In this document: positions 49,993-60,300 of the stretch, piece by piece
Layout of the letters: each line of letters opens with the position of its first letter
How positions within the stretch are numbered: position 1 is the first letter of the stretch
Assembly (NCBI GenBank): GCA_963735805.1
Contig: CAVTMK010000003.1
Coordinates: forward strand, 416,001 to 480,000
Reading direction: 5' to 3'
Length of the DNA: 64,000 nt
Source: an uncultured Verrucomicrobiae bacterium
GTDB taxonomy: Bacteria; Verrucomicrobiota; Verrucomicrobiia; Chthoniobacterales; UBA10450
Position numbers and translations under genes: made by a program
The notes under the pieces: generated by a model
Told to the model about the DNA's origin: nothing
Database searches by the model: none
Seen by the model: the letters and a program-made list of their open reading frames with translations, nothing else

Positions 49993-50691
49993 TCAACTTG
50001 CGGCAGCCCGGATTTGTTGCGCCAGGACAAATTCGGCAAGCGCCAAATCCCGCGGGTATGTGATTTTGAAGTTCAAGTCTTTGTTTGGAACCACAACAAC
50101 CTTCCGCCCGAGCCGCTCGACCGCTGAAACCTCATCGGTAACCGAAGCATTCTCTGCGTAAACGGCTCGATACGCTTCCTCGATCAAGTTACGCTCGAAA
50201 ATCTGTGGTGTTTGCATGGCGTAAAGCTGATGTCGATCCACTGAGCCGCTGACAAAAAATTCAGTGTCAGCATATTTGAGCGTATCACTGATTGGCTCAG
50301 CCAGAGTCGCCGCAGCGTGTATCCGGCATTGCTCGAAGACCGATTCTACCTGTCGCGGGGTGATCAACGGGCGCGCCGCATCATGCACGGCAACGTATCT
50401 TGTGGCCGGGTCGAGTTGACCCAGGCCGGAGCGAACGGAATCCTGACGATGTTTGCCACCGGGAATAATCGACCGAACTTTTTTTAAATTTTCATCGCGA
50501 ACGATCGCTTTAATTTCGGTGTGTTGATCTTCGCGTGCGACCACGATAATCCCGTTGACGCATCCGACCCGCTCAAATGCGCGCATGGTATGCCCGATAA
50601 CAGGTCTCCCCGCGATCGTCGCAAACAATTTGTCGAAACCCATGCGACGACTGTCACCGGCGGCAACGATGATTGCGGTGAGCATGCTCAC
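49993..50691 (-). CDS. ispD: 2-C-methyl-D-erythritol 4-phosphate cytidylyltransferase
   Basis: AAGDSRRMG, GGKHRQDSV, HDAARP, QTPQ, NFKITYPRD. Confidence 0.95.
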   Translation of the reverse strand: MSMLTAIIVAAGDSRRMGFDKLFATIAGRPVIGHTMRAFERVGCVNGIIVVAREDQHTEIKAIVRDENLKKVRSIIPGGKHRQDSVRSGLGQLDPATRYVAVHDAARPLITPRQVESVFEQCRIHAAATLAEPISDTLKYADTEFFVSGSVDRHQLYAMQTPQIFERNLIEEAYRAVYAENASVTDEVSAVERLGRKVVVVPNKDLNFKITYPRDLALAEFVLAQQIRAAAS

Positions 50692-50749
50692 AACGTTACA
50701 TCGTGAACCGTTAAATCGTTACATCGATTCACGGGTCTCGATTCTCGAA

Positions 50750-51205
50750 TTACGAACTCAGTTGCTTCTGCACTTCCGCGCTCAGCGCTCTGCCGTCAAC
50801 GCGACCAGCCACTTTCGTCTGCAAGGCTTTCATCACCACACCCATTTGCGTTCGTGAGGATGCGCCTGCTTCGGCGATTGTTTCACGGACAATCTTCGAA
50901 ATTTCATCGTCACTCATCGGCTGCGGCAAATATCCATTTAGAATCGCCAGTTCTTCTTTCTCTTTTTCCGCAAGTTCCGCGCGGCCGCCTTTTTCAAAGC
51001 TCTCAATTGAATCCTGGCGTTGCTTGACCTGCTTGCGAATCACCTGCGAGGCCTCGGCGTCGCTCAACTCCGCTTCCGCGCCCGATTTTGCAATGGCTGC
51101 GTATTTCAACGCGGATTTGAGCATACGCACGACGGCCAGCCTGGTGGCGTCCTTAGCCCGCATCGCCTCTTTCAGTTCTGAATCCACACGTTGTTGCAGT
51201 GTCAT
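50750..51205 (-). CDS. GatB/YqeY domain protein
   Basis: LKEAMRAKD, KQRQDSIESF, YLPQPMS, MGVVM. Confidence 0.93.
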   Translation of the reverse strand: MTLQQRVDSELKEAMRAKDATRLAVVRMLKSALKYAAIAKSGAEAELSDAEASQVIRKQVKQRQDSIESFEKGGRAELAEKEKEELAILNGYLPQPMSDDEISKIVRETIAEAGASSRTQMGVVMKALQTKVAGRVDGRALSAEVQKQLSS

Positions 51206-51244
51206 GTAGAAGAATTAAGGCGATAAATACACAGTTGTCGACGT

Positions 51245-51317
51245 TGTAGCCACGGCGCTGTGTCGAGGCGTTGAGAATTACTCTCTTTTCACACGGCGAC
51301 ACAGCGCCGTGGCTACA
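51245..51317. repeat. REP-like palindrome supplying the fabD stop codon
   Basis: tgtagccacggcgctgtgtcg...cgacacagcgccgtggctaca, 21-bp perfect arms. Confidence 0.85.
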
Positions 51318-52237
51318 GCATGGCGGCGCATTTCTGCACCGATGTGACATCGGAAACCGATATCACATCGACGCCTTTGAGAGTGCGCCGCAATAAGCCT
51401 GCCAGGACGCCGCCAGGGCCTAATTCAATGAAGAAATCACAACCAAGCGTTCGCGAGCCGCTCCATACAATCGACCCAGCGTACCGTGCCGGTGACCTGG
51501 TCCTGAAGCGTGCGACGAATTTCATCCGGGTTTTTCACTTCCTCGCCTGTCACGTCGCTGATCACAGGAAAAGACGGTCCTTGCATCGGAACATGTTGGA
51601 GCACCGCGCCAAGTTTCTCATATGCGCTTTCCATCAAACGGGAATGATACGCACCGGCGACGTTCAGCATTGTGGCGCGACGAATCCCGTATTCCTTCGC
51701 AACACCGACAGCCGCTTCCACTTTGGCCAGTTCACCTGAAATAACGATTTGTCCCGGCGCGTTAATGTTCGCAATATCGACATCTTCGTCCGCGGCCAGC
51801 TGTCTGGCGACATTTTCCTCCGCGCCAATCAATGCGGCCATTCCGCCGGACGTTTTGTCGCATGCCTCGTTCATCAATTCGCCCCGCCGCTGCACGAGTC
51901 TCAATCCATTTTCAAAGTCGAACGTTCCGGCAGCGGCGTGCGCCGTCATTTCGCCTAACGACAAGCCGGCCGCCCCAGTAATGGGAAAATTGCCTACCAG
52001 CTCGCGCACGATCGACAAACACGCCAGCCCATGTACGAACAGCGCAGGCTGACAATTGGAAGTCTTGGTCAGATCTTCAATCGGACCGCTCCATGCGATT
52101 TCACTTAGCTTCCTGCCAAGGACATCATCCGCTCTCTGAAACAGCTCGGCTGCAACACGGAACTGTTCCACAAGGTCGCGTCCCATCCCGACAGCTTGTG
52201 CGCCCTGGCCAGCGAAAAGCAGTGCGATCTTTTTCAT
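51313..52237 (-). CDS. fabD: Malonyl-CoA:ACP transacylase, apparent 1-nt frameshift near 51450
   Basis: FAGQGAQ, GLSLGE, NAPGQIVISG, GAYHS, VRW; the C-terminal FIELGPGGVLAGL is in a different frame (51313..51525). Confidence 0.88.
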
Positions 52238-52454
52238 TCGACCCCATCATCGACGTCCGCTTCACGCGATTCAAATGTCAAATGGCAGCGCGGATCGCCG
52301 GAGCGTCTGTTCAAACGATGCGGCGTGCCCGGCGATCACCCTTTACCAGCAGACTTCGACCAGGCTTTCGCCGAAATTGCTTGCGTGCACTGGTTCACTC
52401 GCCAGCGTAAATGTATCTGTTTAACTTGTAATCTTTTAACTTTTTAATTTTCCC

Positions 52455-53711
52455 ATGCCTTTCACGACACGTGAAATTGAATCGCCTGATCCCGTGACAC
52501 GAGTAGTGGCTGCGGACGCAGAGCTTCATCATGCCAATGACGACATTGGTGAAAAAATGGTGCTCAACATGGGGCCATCACACCCGGCGACGCATGGTGT
52601 GTTGCGACTCGTGCTCGAGCTCGACGGGGAGATCATCACCAAAGCCACGCCGGACATCGGTTTCCTACACCGGGGCGACGAAAAAATCGCGGAGAACATG
52701 CAGTACAATCAGTTCGTGCCTTACACCGATCGGCTGGATTATCTCGCGCCACTGTCGAACAACGTTGCTTACGCGCTTGCCGTTGAAAAATTGATGGGCT
52801 GGGAAATCCCGCCACGCGGGAAAACCATTCGCACCATTTGCTGCGAAACTTCCAGGATCTCTTCGCACTTACTGGGCTTGGGAGCGATGGCGCTCGATCT
52901 GGGCGCCATGACCGTCTTTCTTTACACGTTCACCGAGCGCGAAAAACTTTATAATCTTTTCGAACTGTTAACCGGAGCCCGTTTTACAACGTCTTATACG
53001 CGGGTCGGCGGAGAAATCCGGGATCTTCCGGAAACTTTCGTCCCGCAGCTCGAGAAATTCCTCGACGAATTCCCTCCCAGCCTGAACGAGTGCGACAGAC
53101 TACTCACGCGCAATCGCATTTTTGTCGATCGAACGAAAGACATTGGGGTGATCTCAAAGGAGCAGGCAATTGCGTTTGCCCTTTCGGGACCGAACTTACG
53201 CGGCAGCGGAGTCGAGCACGATTTGCGTCGTAATCATCCGTATCTTGACTATGAGAATTACGACTTTGATGTGGTAATCGGAAGTGGCGGAGACTGTTAC
53301 GATCGTTACCTTGTGCGAATTGAGGAAATGCGACAAAGCGTTCGGATCCTCCGCCAGGCAATAGACAAATTGCCGAGTGGTCCGATTAACGTTGCTGATT
53401 GGAAAAACATGACGCCGCCCAAGTCGCGTGTCATGACCAAGATGGAAGAGTTAATCCATCATTTCATCGTAGTAACCGAAGGACTCGACGCGCCATCAGG
53501 CGAGGTCTATTTCGCCGCGGAAAATCCAAAGGGCGAGCTTGGTTTTTATATCAACAGCAGGGGCGGCGGCGTGCCTTATCGTCTAAAGATTCGCGCGCCG
53601 TCATTTGTGAATCTCAGTATTCTGTCTGAGCTTCTGCGGGGTTGCATGGTGAGCGATGTGCCGGCGGTGCTGGGGAGTCTGGACTTCGTCATGGGTGAGT
53701 GCGACAGATGA
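52455..53711 (+). CDS. nuoD: NADH-quinone oxidoreductase subunit D
   Basis: NMGPSHPATHGVLRL, DRLDY, ENPKGELG, GECDR. Confidence 0.96.
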   Translation: MPFTTREIESPDPVTRVVAADAELHHANDDIGEKMVLNMGPSHPATHGVLRLVLELDGEIITKATPDIGFLHRGDEKIAENMQYNQFVPYTDRLDYLAPLSNNVAYALAVEKLMGWEIPPRGKTIRTICCETSRISSHLLGLGAMALDLGAMTVFLYTFTEREKLYNLFELLTGARFTTSYTRVGGEIRDLPETFVPQLEKFLDEFPPSLNECDRLLTRNRIFVDRTKDIGVISKEQAIAFALSGPNLRGSGVEHDLRRNHPYLDYENYDFDVVIGSGGDCYDRYLVRIEEMRQSVRILRQAIDKLPSGPINVADWKNMTPPKSRVMTKMEELIHHFIVVTEGLDAPSGEVYFAAENPKGELGFYINSRGGGVPYRLKIRAPSFVNLSILSELLRGCMVSDVPAVLGSLDFVMGECDR

Positions 53712-53995
53712 ATATGCTGCGATCAATATCCCGATTTCTGCTGGTGCTCCTGCTTGCGCTTGGCGTTTCGTGTTCGCCCGGCAAACGCATCACAAAGGCC
53801 AACGTGGATGCGGTGGAAGAGGGAATGTCGAAGAAACAGGTCGAGTCAATCCTGGGTCCTCCCTCCTCAATCAACAACGAAGATTTCGTAATCATGAAGA
53901 AAACGACGTACGTTTACCGACAGGGTAAAGACTCGGTGACGGTCGTTTTCAAAGACGACAAGGTGCAATCCAAAGACAGCACATTGTCGAAATAA
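53708..53995 (+). CDS. Small lipoprotein (SmpA/BamE-like fold) inside the nuo operon
   Basis: LALGVSC lipobox; GMSKKQVESILGPP motif; ATGA overlap with nuoD. Confidence 0.7.
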   Translation: MNMLRSISRFLLVLLLALGVSCSPGKRITKANVDAVEEGMSKKQVESILGPPSSINNEDFVIMKKTTYVYRQGKDSVTVVFKDDKVQSKDSTLSK

Positions 53996-54008
53996 ACCTG
54001 GCGCTATC

Positions 54009-55994
54009 GTGGACTCGACGAACACGCGTGTTCCCGCCGAGTTGGAGCGGAAAATGGATGCCGCAATCGCGCGCTATCCGCAGGAGCATCAGCGCAGCGC
54101 AGCGATGCCGTTGCTTCACTTGTGGCAGGAACACTTCGGTTTTATCAGCGAAGGGGGGGTAGTCTGGATCGCTGCGAAGCTTGGCCTAGAGCCGATTAAC
54201 ATTCTCGAGCTGGTCACTTTTTATCCGATGTTCCGTCAGAAACCGGCGGGGAAAACTCACATCCGTGTCTGCCGGACGCTCAGCTGCGCGATGGCCGGCA
54301 GTTTTGAGTTAATGGAAAATTTATGCTCCGCCACGGGAATCAAGCGCGAACAGGAAGGCGCGGGAATGCATGAGCCCATTTCTATTAGTGCCGATGGCAA
54401 CTACAGCGTCCAGTTCGTTGAATGCCTTGCTAGCTGCGGCACGGCGCCTGTTTGCATGATAAACGAAGAGCTGCATGAAAATGTAAACCCGAACGCACTG
54501 ACGGAGCTTCTCCGAAATCAGACCCGAGAGATTAGACATCGACCATCTCCGCATCCACTCGAACATCGATTGATTTTCAAGAACATCGGACGCGACGATT
54601 GGACTACTGACATCAATTGTTATCTGCGAGCCGGCGGCTATGAGCAATTGAGGCAAGCCCTGACGACCCCGCGCGCCGAGATCATCAATAAAGTCAAGAA
54701 CTCAGGCTTGCGCGGTCGCGGCGGCGCGGGTTTTTCGTGCGGCTTGAAATGGAGCTTTATCAAGTTGGATGAAAAACGACCCGTGTATCTCATCTGTAAC
54801 GCCGACGAGTCCGAGCCGGGGACATTCAAGGACCGCTATATCATCCATGAGGATCCGCACCAGCTATTGGAAGGGATTCTGATTTCCTGTTTCGCATTGA
54901 ATGCGCGCACGGCCTACATCTATATCAGAGGTGAATTTCCGGAAGGCGCGAAACTCCTCGAGCGCGCCATCGAAGAAGCGCGTAAACACAATTTTCTGGG
55001 AAAGAACATTCTTGGGTCCGGATTCGATGCGGAGGTTTACGTTCATCGGGGGGCAGGTGCTTACATATGCGGTGAAGAGACCGGCTTGATCGAATCGCTG
55101 GAAGGCAAGCGCGGATATCCCCGGATCAAACCGCCTTATTTCCCGGCTGTGCTGGGTCTCTACATGTGTCCGACGATCGTCAATAATGTGGAAACGCTGT
55201 GTCATGTGAAACACATCATTGCCATGGGCGGCGCGGAGTATGCGCGATTGGGCCGTCCCAACAATACCGGGACAAGAATCGTGTCCGTCAGTGGAGACGT
55301 GCAGCGGCCCGGTTATTTTGAAATTGAAGTCGGCGCAGTGACGATGGGTCAGCTTATTTATGAAATGGCTGGCGGATTAAAGCCTGGCCGCCAGCTAAAG
55401 GCAGTCATTCCCGGCGGAAGCTCTGCGAAAGTCTTGCGGGCCGACGAACGATTTAAATTCAAACTACACCAATCTGATGGATCAACTATCGAACGCGAGA
55501 TGTCGATCGATGAAATCCCGATGGATTTCGATTCACTAGCCGAAGCGGGTTCAATGGCCGGCTCCGGCGGCGTCATTGTGCTCGACGATTCCCGCGACGT
55601 AGTCTGGGTACTCAATAACATCAACGAATTCTACGCGCATGAAAGCTGCGGTCAGTGCACCCCCTGCCGGGAAGGCTCTCTTTGGATGCAGAAAATCACC
55701 GACCGGATGCTGCGTGGCGGCGGTGTAACAGAAGATCCAAACACGCTCAAGACCATTGGCGACAATATTGCCGGACGCACAATCTGCGCCTTTGGGGAAG
55801 CCTGCGCATGGCCAACGCAAAGTTTCGTTCAGAAGTTTCCCGAAGAATTTGCGGCACGCGCCAAAAAGCCGCCCCCGCCGCCGTTACCGCCCGAATATAC
55901 GCCTGAGGAGCTAATCGAAGAGGAGTCGATTCCCGTAGTTCCCATGGCGCACGATCCGGGATGGGAGAAAGCCGGAGCGAAAGGAATTATTTAA
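54009..55994 (+). CDS. nuoF: Fused NADH-quinone oxidoreductase subunits E and F
   Basis: NuoE part: TFYPMF, CRTLSC, ECLASCGTAP; NuoF part: GLRGRGGAGF, NADESEPG, GAYICGEE, ESCGQCTPCREG. Confidence 0.93.
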   Translation: MDSTNTRVPAELERKMDAAIARYPQEHQRSAAMPLLHLWQEHFGFISEGGVVWIAAKLGLEPINILELVTFYPMFRQKPAGKTHIRVCRTLSCAMAGSFELMENLCSATGIKREQEGAGMHEPISISADGNYSVQFVECLASCGTAPVCMINEELHENVNPNALTELLRNQTREIRHRPSPHPLEHRLIFKNIGRDDWTTDINCYLRAGGYEQLRQALTTPRAEIINKVKNSGLRGRGGAGFSCGLKWSFIKLDEKRPVYLICNADESEPGTFKDRYIIHEDPHQLLEGILISCFALNARTAYIYIRGEFPEGAKLLERAIEEARKHNFLGKNILGSGFDAEVYVHRGAGAYICGEETGLIESLEGKRGYPRIKPPYFPAVLGLYMCPTIVNNVETLCHVKHIIAMGGAEYARLGRPNNTGTRIVSVSGDVQRPGYFEIEVGAVTMGQLIYEMAGGLKPGRQLKAVIPGGSSAKVLRADERFKFKLHQSDGSTIEREMSIDEIPMDFDSLAEAGSMAGSGGVIVLDDSRDVVWVLNNINEFYAHESCGQCTPCREGSLWMQKITDRMLRGGGVTEDPNTLKTIGDNIAGRTICAFGEACAWPTQSFVQKFPEEFAARAKKPPPPPLPPEYTPEELIEEESIPVVPMAHDPGWEKAGAKGII

Positions 55995-56000
55995 ACTCCG

Positions 56001-57746
56001 ATGTCGGATCAAGCTCCATCGCCGCAGATGCTGAACGTCCAGATTGACGGCGTATGGCACCAGTTCCCGAAAGGCACGCGCGTAATCGAGGCATGCGAAC
56101 AGGCTGGCATCTACGTGCCGCGCTACTGCTATCACAAGAAGCTGAGTTCGCCCGGTAATTGCCGCATGTGTCTCATCGAGATGGGGTTTCCAAGGTTCGG
56201 ACCGGACCGCAAACCAGAGCTCGGCCCTGACAACAAACCAATTATCAACTGGATGCACCGACCTCAAATCTCCTGCGCGCAAGATGTCGCTGAGGGAATG
56301 GGCGTCAGGACCAATTCTCCTTTAGTGAAGGAATGCCAGCGCGGTGTGATGGAATTTCTTCTCATTAATCATCCGCTGGATTGTCCGATTTGCGATCAGG
56401 CTGGGGAATGCCGGCTGCAGGAGTTCAGCGTTGATTTTGGGAGGAGCAAATCGCGCTTTCTCGAAAACAAGGTCAAGAAGCCTAAAAACGTCGTGCTTGG
56501 CCCGCGTGTTACGCTCGATGACGAACGCTGCATTCTCTGCTCGCGCTGCATTCGCTTTTGTCAGGAAATTGCACACGAAGACGTGCTTGGGTTCGTTGAT
56601 CGGGGCAGTTATACGGTGTTGACTGCACATCCCGGCAAGCGATTGGAAAATAATTATTCCCTTAACACCGTCGATATTTGTCCGGTAGGCGCGCTCACGT
56701 CCACCGATTTTCGTTTCAAGATGCGTGTCTGGTTCCTGAAGGAAACCAAGAGCATCTGCACCAGTTGCGCGACGGGCTGCAACACTGTGATCGGCACGCG
56801 AGAGGATGTGATCTATAGGCAAACCCCGCGCGAGAACGACCACGTCAACTCAAGTTGGATGTGCGATTACGGACGACTCAACTTCAAATACCTCGAAGCG
56901 GAAAACCGTTTAATCGAACCGCAGACTTATCTCCAGGGACAACTCACCCACACGGCGTGGCCTACGGCCATTTCTCAGGCGGCGCTGCAGTTAAAACAAT
57001 TCGCCGGTCCGGAAACTGCCATCATTGCCTCGGGGCGCATGACGAACGAGGAGCTTTGGCTCACGGCGCAATTGGCGAAGTCGCTGGGTACGGAGTGGAT
57101 CGATATCGTCCCGCGACGTGAGGCCGGCGATGACATCCTGCTTAGCGAAGACCGCAACCCGAATACAAACGGCGCGCGCCTTATTCTTGGATCGAAATCC
57201 GAGCCAGGTGCAAACCTGCTTGCAATCGCCGACGCGGTGAAATCGGGAAAAATCAAGGCGCTACTGGTTTTGAAGGAGAACACAATGCATTTGGGCATAC
57301 CGGTTGAGCAACTCGCGCAACTCCCCGTGTTAATCATGATGAATATCTTGTCGAATGAGGCGACCGAAAAAGCGACGGTCGTTTTGCCGGCGTGCGGATT
57401 TGCTGAAAAACGCGGCTCGATGGTCAATGGCAAAGGCCGATTGCAACGATTGAATCGCGCCACGCGTCCGCCTGGTAACGCGCGCGACGATTGGGAGATT
57501 TTGCGGGATTTACTCCAGGCGGTCGGCGGCGGCGATTCTATTCTCTCCATCGACGATGTTTTTCACCGAATCAGCGAGACAGTATCGCAATTTTCCGGAT
57601 TGAGTTTGAACAAAATCGGCGATCTGGGAGTGCACGTTTTGCAAATTGAAGAATTGCCGGCCACTCAACCAAGCGACGAAGAAGCAATCCAAGAAGCTAT
57701 TGCGATCCAGGCAAGACGCCGCGCAGAGCCACGGCGATCGCCATGA
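56001..57746 (+). CDS. nuoG: NADH-quinone oxidoreductase subunit G (short form)
   Basis: PRYCYH, CRMC, NHPLDCPICDQAGEC, RCILCSRC, CPVGAL, CTSCATGC. Confidence 0.93.
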   Translation: MSDQAPSPQMLNVQIDGVWHQFPKGTRVIEACEQAGIYVPRYCYHKKLSSPGNCRMCLIEMGFPRFGPDRKPELGPDNKPIINWMHRPQISCAQDVAEGMGVRTNSPLVKECQRGVMEFLLINHPLDCPICDQAGECRLQEFSVDFGRSKSRFLENKVKKPKNVVLGPRVTLDDERCILCSRCIRFCQEIAHEDVLGFVDRGSYTVLTAHPGKRLENNYSLNTVDICPVGALTSTDFRFKMRVWFLKETKSICTSCATGCNTVIGTREDVIYRQTPRENDHVNSSWMCDYGRLNFKYLEAENRLIEPQTYLQGQLTHTAWPTAISQAALQLKQFAGPETAIIASGRMTNEELWLTAQLAKSLGTEWIDIVPRREAGDDILLSEDRNPNTNGARLILGSKSEPGANLLAIADAVKSGKIKALLVLKENTMHLGIPVEQLAQLPVLIMMNILSNEATEKATVVLPACGFAEKRGSMVNGKGRLQRLNRATRPPGNARDDWEILRDLLQAVGGGDSILSIDDVFHRISETVSQFSGLSLNKIGDLGVHVLQIEELPATQPSDEEAIQEAIAIQARRRAEPRRSP

Positions 57747-58813
57747 ATTCAGAAACCTTTTTCATCGTCATTTCGCTGCTCAAGATCGTCGGGATTCTTT
57801 TTCTAGTGATCCTGCCGATGGTTTCCTATGCGGTCTATGCCGAGCGTAAAGTTAGCGCGGCGATCCAGGACCGTCTCGGACCGAATCGCGTCGGGCCGGC
57901 CGGACTTCTTCAGCCGATTGCTGACATGTTCAAATTGCTTCTGAAAGAGGATTTTACGCCGCGCTCCGCAAATACATTTTATTACTGGCTTGCGCCATGT
58001 CTGGCGGTCATGCCGGCCATCATCACCATCGCTGTTGTCCCCTTTGGCAGCACGTTGTTTGGAGTGCCGATGGTAATTGCCGATGTGAACGTCGGCATTC
58101 TGTTCGTGTTCGCGATCGCGTCGCTTGGCGTTTACGGAATCGTCATCGGCGGTTGGGCGTCGAATTCCAAGTACCCGTTTCTCGGTGGAATTCGTTCCAG
58201 CGCGCAAATGCTTTCTTACGAGCTTTCTCTCGGTCTTGCAGTCATCCCCGTTTTTCTGCTGGTGGGCAATTTGCGTCTGACCAGTGTGGTTCGCTACCAG
58301 ATTGAACACGGCTGGTTCATCGCCCCGTTCATCGGCGACTGGACGAACCCGTGGAAATGGGTGCTAACCATTCCCATGATCATTTCATTCTTCGTTTTCA
58401 TGATCGCAATTTTTGCCGAGACAAATCGGTTGCCATTTGACCTTCCAGAAGCCGAACAGGAGCTCGCGGGCGGTTACAATACCGAATACAGCTCGATGAA
58501 GTTCTCGCTTTACTTCCTGGGCGAATACGCAGCCATGATTACCGGTTCAGCCGTGATGGTGACATTGTTTTTCGGCGGTTGGCATTTCCCGGGAATTCCA
58601 GACGGCTCGCACGGGTGGATCTTTGGCCTGATCAACATAGCGGTCTTCTTCGGAAAAGTCGCCATCATGATTTTTATCTTCATGTGGGTGCGCTGGACGT
58701 TGCCACGTTTTCGCTGGGACCAGCTCATGCGGCTTGGCTGGCTTTTCTTTTTCGAGATCGCCCTGGTTAACATCTTCATTGTCGCGGCAATCTTGGCTTT
58801 CATCCCATCCTAA
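57743..58813 (+). CDS. nuoH: NADH-quinone oxidoreductase subunit H
   Basis: ERKV, RLGPNRVG, AETNRLPFDLPEAE, PRFRWDQLM. Confidence 0.96.
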   Translation: MNSETFFIVISLLKIVGILFLVILPMVSYAVYAERKVSAAIQDRLGPNRVGPAGLLQPIADMFKLLLKEDFTPRSANTFYYWLAPCLAVMPAIITIAVVPFGSTLFGVPMVIADVNVGILFVFAIASLGVYGIVIGGWASNSKYPFLGGIRSSAQMLSYELSLGLAVIPVFLLVGNLRLTSVVRYQIEHGWFIAPFIGDWTNPWKWVLTIPMIISFFVFMIAIFAETNRLPFDLPEAEQELAGGYNTEYSSMKFSLYFLGEYAAMITGSAVMVTLFFGGWHFPGIPDGSHGWIFGLINIAVFFGKVAIMIFIFMWVRWTLPRFRWDQLMRLGWLFFFEIALVNIFIVAAILAFIPS

Positions 58814-58836
58814 TCTTCGCCTTCCTCTCCCTAATC

Positions 58837-59367
58837 ATGGCCATCACCGTTTCACGACCAAAACTTAACTGGCGAGAGCGATTGTATTTGCCGGCCATCG
58901 CCGCTGGTCTGGCCATCACGTTTAAGCATTTCAAGAACCTTCTGCTGGGACGCACAAAAATCACGATGCAGTATCCCGAGCAAAAATGGGACACTCACCT
59001 GCCGGATTATTATCGCGGCGCGCCTGCACTCGTTCGCGATGAAGATGGCCGCGTGCGTTGCGTCGCATGCCAGCTTTGCGAATTCATTTGTCCGCCGCGA
59101 GCGATCAAAATCATTCCCGGCGAAATCCACTCCACCGATCGCTTCGCCAAAGTGGAAAAATACCCTGAAGCATTCGACATCGATATGATCCGCTGCATTT
59201 ACTGCGGAATGTGCGAAGAGGTTTGCCCCGAGCAGGCGATTTTCCTGCGTAAGGATTATGCGATTACTGGTTACACACGAGCAGAGATGGTGCATCACAA
59301 GGAAAAACTGCTCGAGATTGGTGGAGTCATTCACGGTGTGGTACTGAAATGGAACGAAAAGAAATGA
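58837..59367 (+). CDS. nuoI: NADH-quinone oxidoreductase subunit I
   Basis: CVACQLCEFICP, CIYCGMCEEVCP. Confidence 0.95.
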   Translation: MAITVSRPKLNWRERLYLPAIAAGLAITFKHFKNLLLGRTKITMQYPEQKWDTHLPDYYRGAPALVRDEDGRVRCVACQLCEFICPPRAIKIIPGEIHSTDRFAKVEKYPEAFDIDMIRCIYCGMCEEVCPEQAIFLRKDYAITGYTRAEMVHHKEKLLEIGGVIHGVVLKWNEKK

Positions 59368-59375
59368 GCAGAATT

Positions 59376-59463
59376 GGAGTAACGGAGTGTTGTAGTGGCG
59401 GGGAGCTGGCCGGGAAAAAGAATCTATCTCTCCATAACTCCACTACTCCCCTACTCCACTACT
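59376..59463. repeat. Inverted octamer tandem arrays in the nuoI-nuoJ spacer
   Basis: ggagtaac-ggagtgtt-gtagtggc followed by ctccataa-ctccacta-ctccccta-ctccacta. Confidence 0.7.
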
Positions 59464-59467
59464 GCTG

Positions 59468-59971
59468 ATGTCTCCCTTCCTGTTTTGGATCTTTGCATTG
59501 CTGACAGTGATTTTTGGCGCAGCCGTCGTCATTAATCGCAATCCTGTGGCCAGCGCCCTGAGCTTGGTAGTGTCCTTTCTTGGCCTCGCAGCGCTATTCA
59601 TGTCGCTCAATGCCTATTTCATAGGAATCATTCAAGTGCTGGTCTATGCCGGCGCGGTGATGGTGCTTTTTCTTTTCATCATCATGCTTCTGGATTTCCG
59701 CGCCCAAGGAGGACGCCGGATCAACTGGCTGGCTTCAGCAGGCGGATTAGCTGTCGCGTTGATCTTGTTAGGTCAGATTTTTTCTGTAGTCGCTCATTTT
59801 GAGATTGCCCACAAAGCCTTCCCGCCGCTACCAGGATCGACAATCGACGATGTTCGAAATATCGGGGCAGCACTCTTTAGGAATTACAATCTGCCGTTTC
59901 AAGTCGTGGGGGTTCTTGTCCTGGTGGCGACTATTGGTGTGGTGGTCTTGAGCAAGCGGGAACCTCGCTAG
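59468..59971 (+). CDS. nuoJ: NADH-quinone oxidoreductase subunit J
   Basis: [28 protein letters not shown]. Confidence 0.95.
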   Translation: MSPFLFWIFALLTVIFGAAVVINRNPVASALSLVVSFLGLAALFMSLNAYFIGIIQVLVYAGAVMVLFLFIIMLLDFRAQGGRRINWLASAGGLAVALILLGQIFSVVAHFEIAHKAFPPLPGSTIDDVRNIGAALFRNYNLPFQVVGVLVLVATIGVVVLSKREPR

Positions 59972-59972
59972 T

Positions 59973-60293
59973 ATGATTACACTCGGCGATTATCTCATCG
60001 TAAGCGGCGTTCTTTTCGCCATCGGATTCGCCGGTGTGATGCTACGCCGCAATCTCATCATCATTCTCATGTCGCTCGAACTGATGTTAAACGCAGCGAA
60101 TTTGTCGCTCGTTGCTTTTTCCCGGTTCCGCGTTGGTCCGAGCGGATTGCCGGATTACAACGCACAAGTATTTGTCTTCTTCATCATCACGGTTGCGGCC
60201 GCCGAAGTTGCAGTCGGACTGGCAATTCTCGTCGCTCTCTACCGGGCGCGCCAAACAACCGACACTAAAGACATTAGCAGCCTTAAATTTTAG
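59973..60293 (+). CDS. nuoK: NADH-quinone oxidoreductase subunit K
   Basis: [22 protein letters not shown]. Confidence 0.95.
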   Translation: MITLGDYLIVSGVLFAIGFAGVMLRRNLIIILMSLELMLNAANLSLVAFSRFRVGPSGLPDYNAQVFVFFIITVAAAEVAVGLAILVALYRARQTTDTKDISSLKF

Positions 60294-60300
60294 CGATCTG

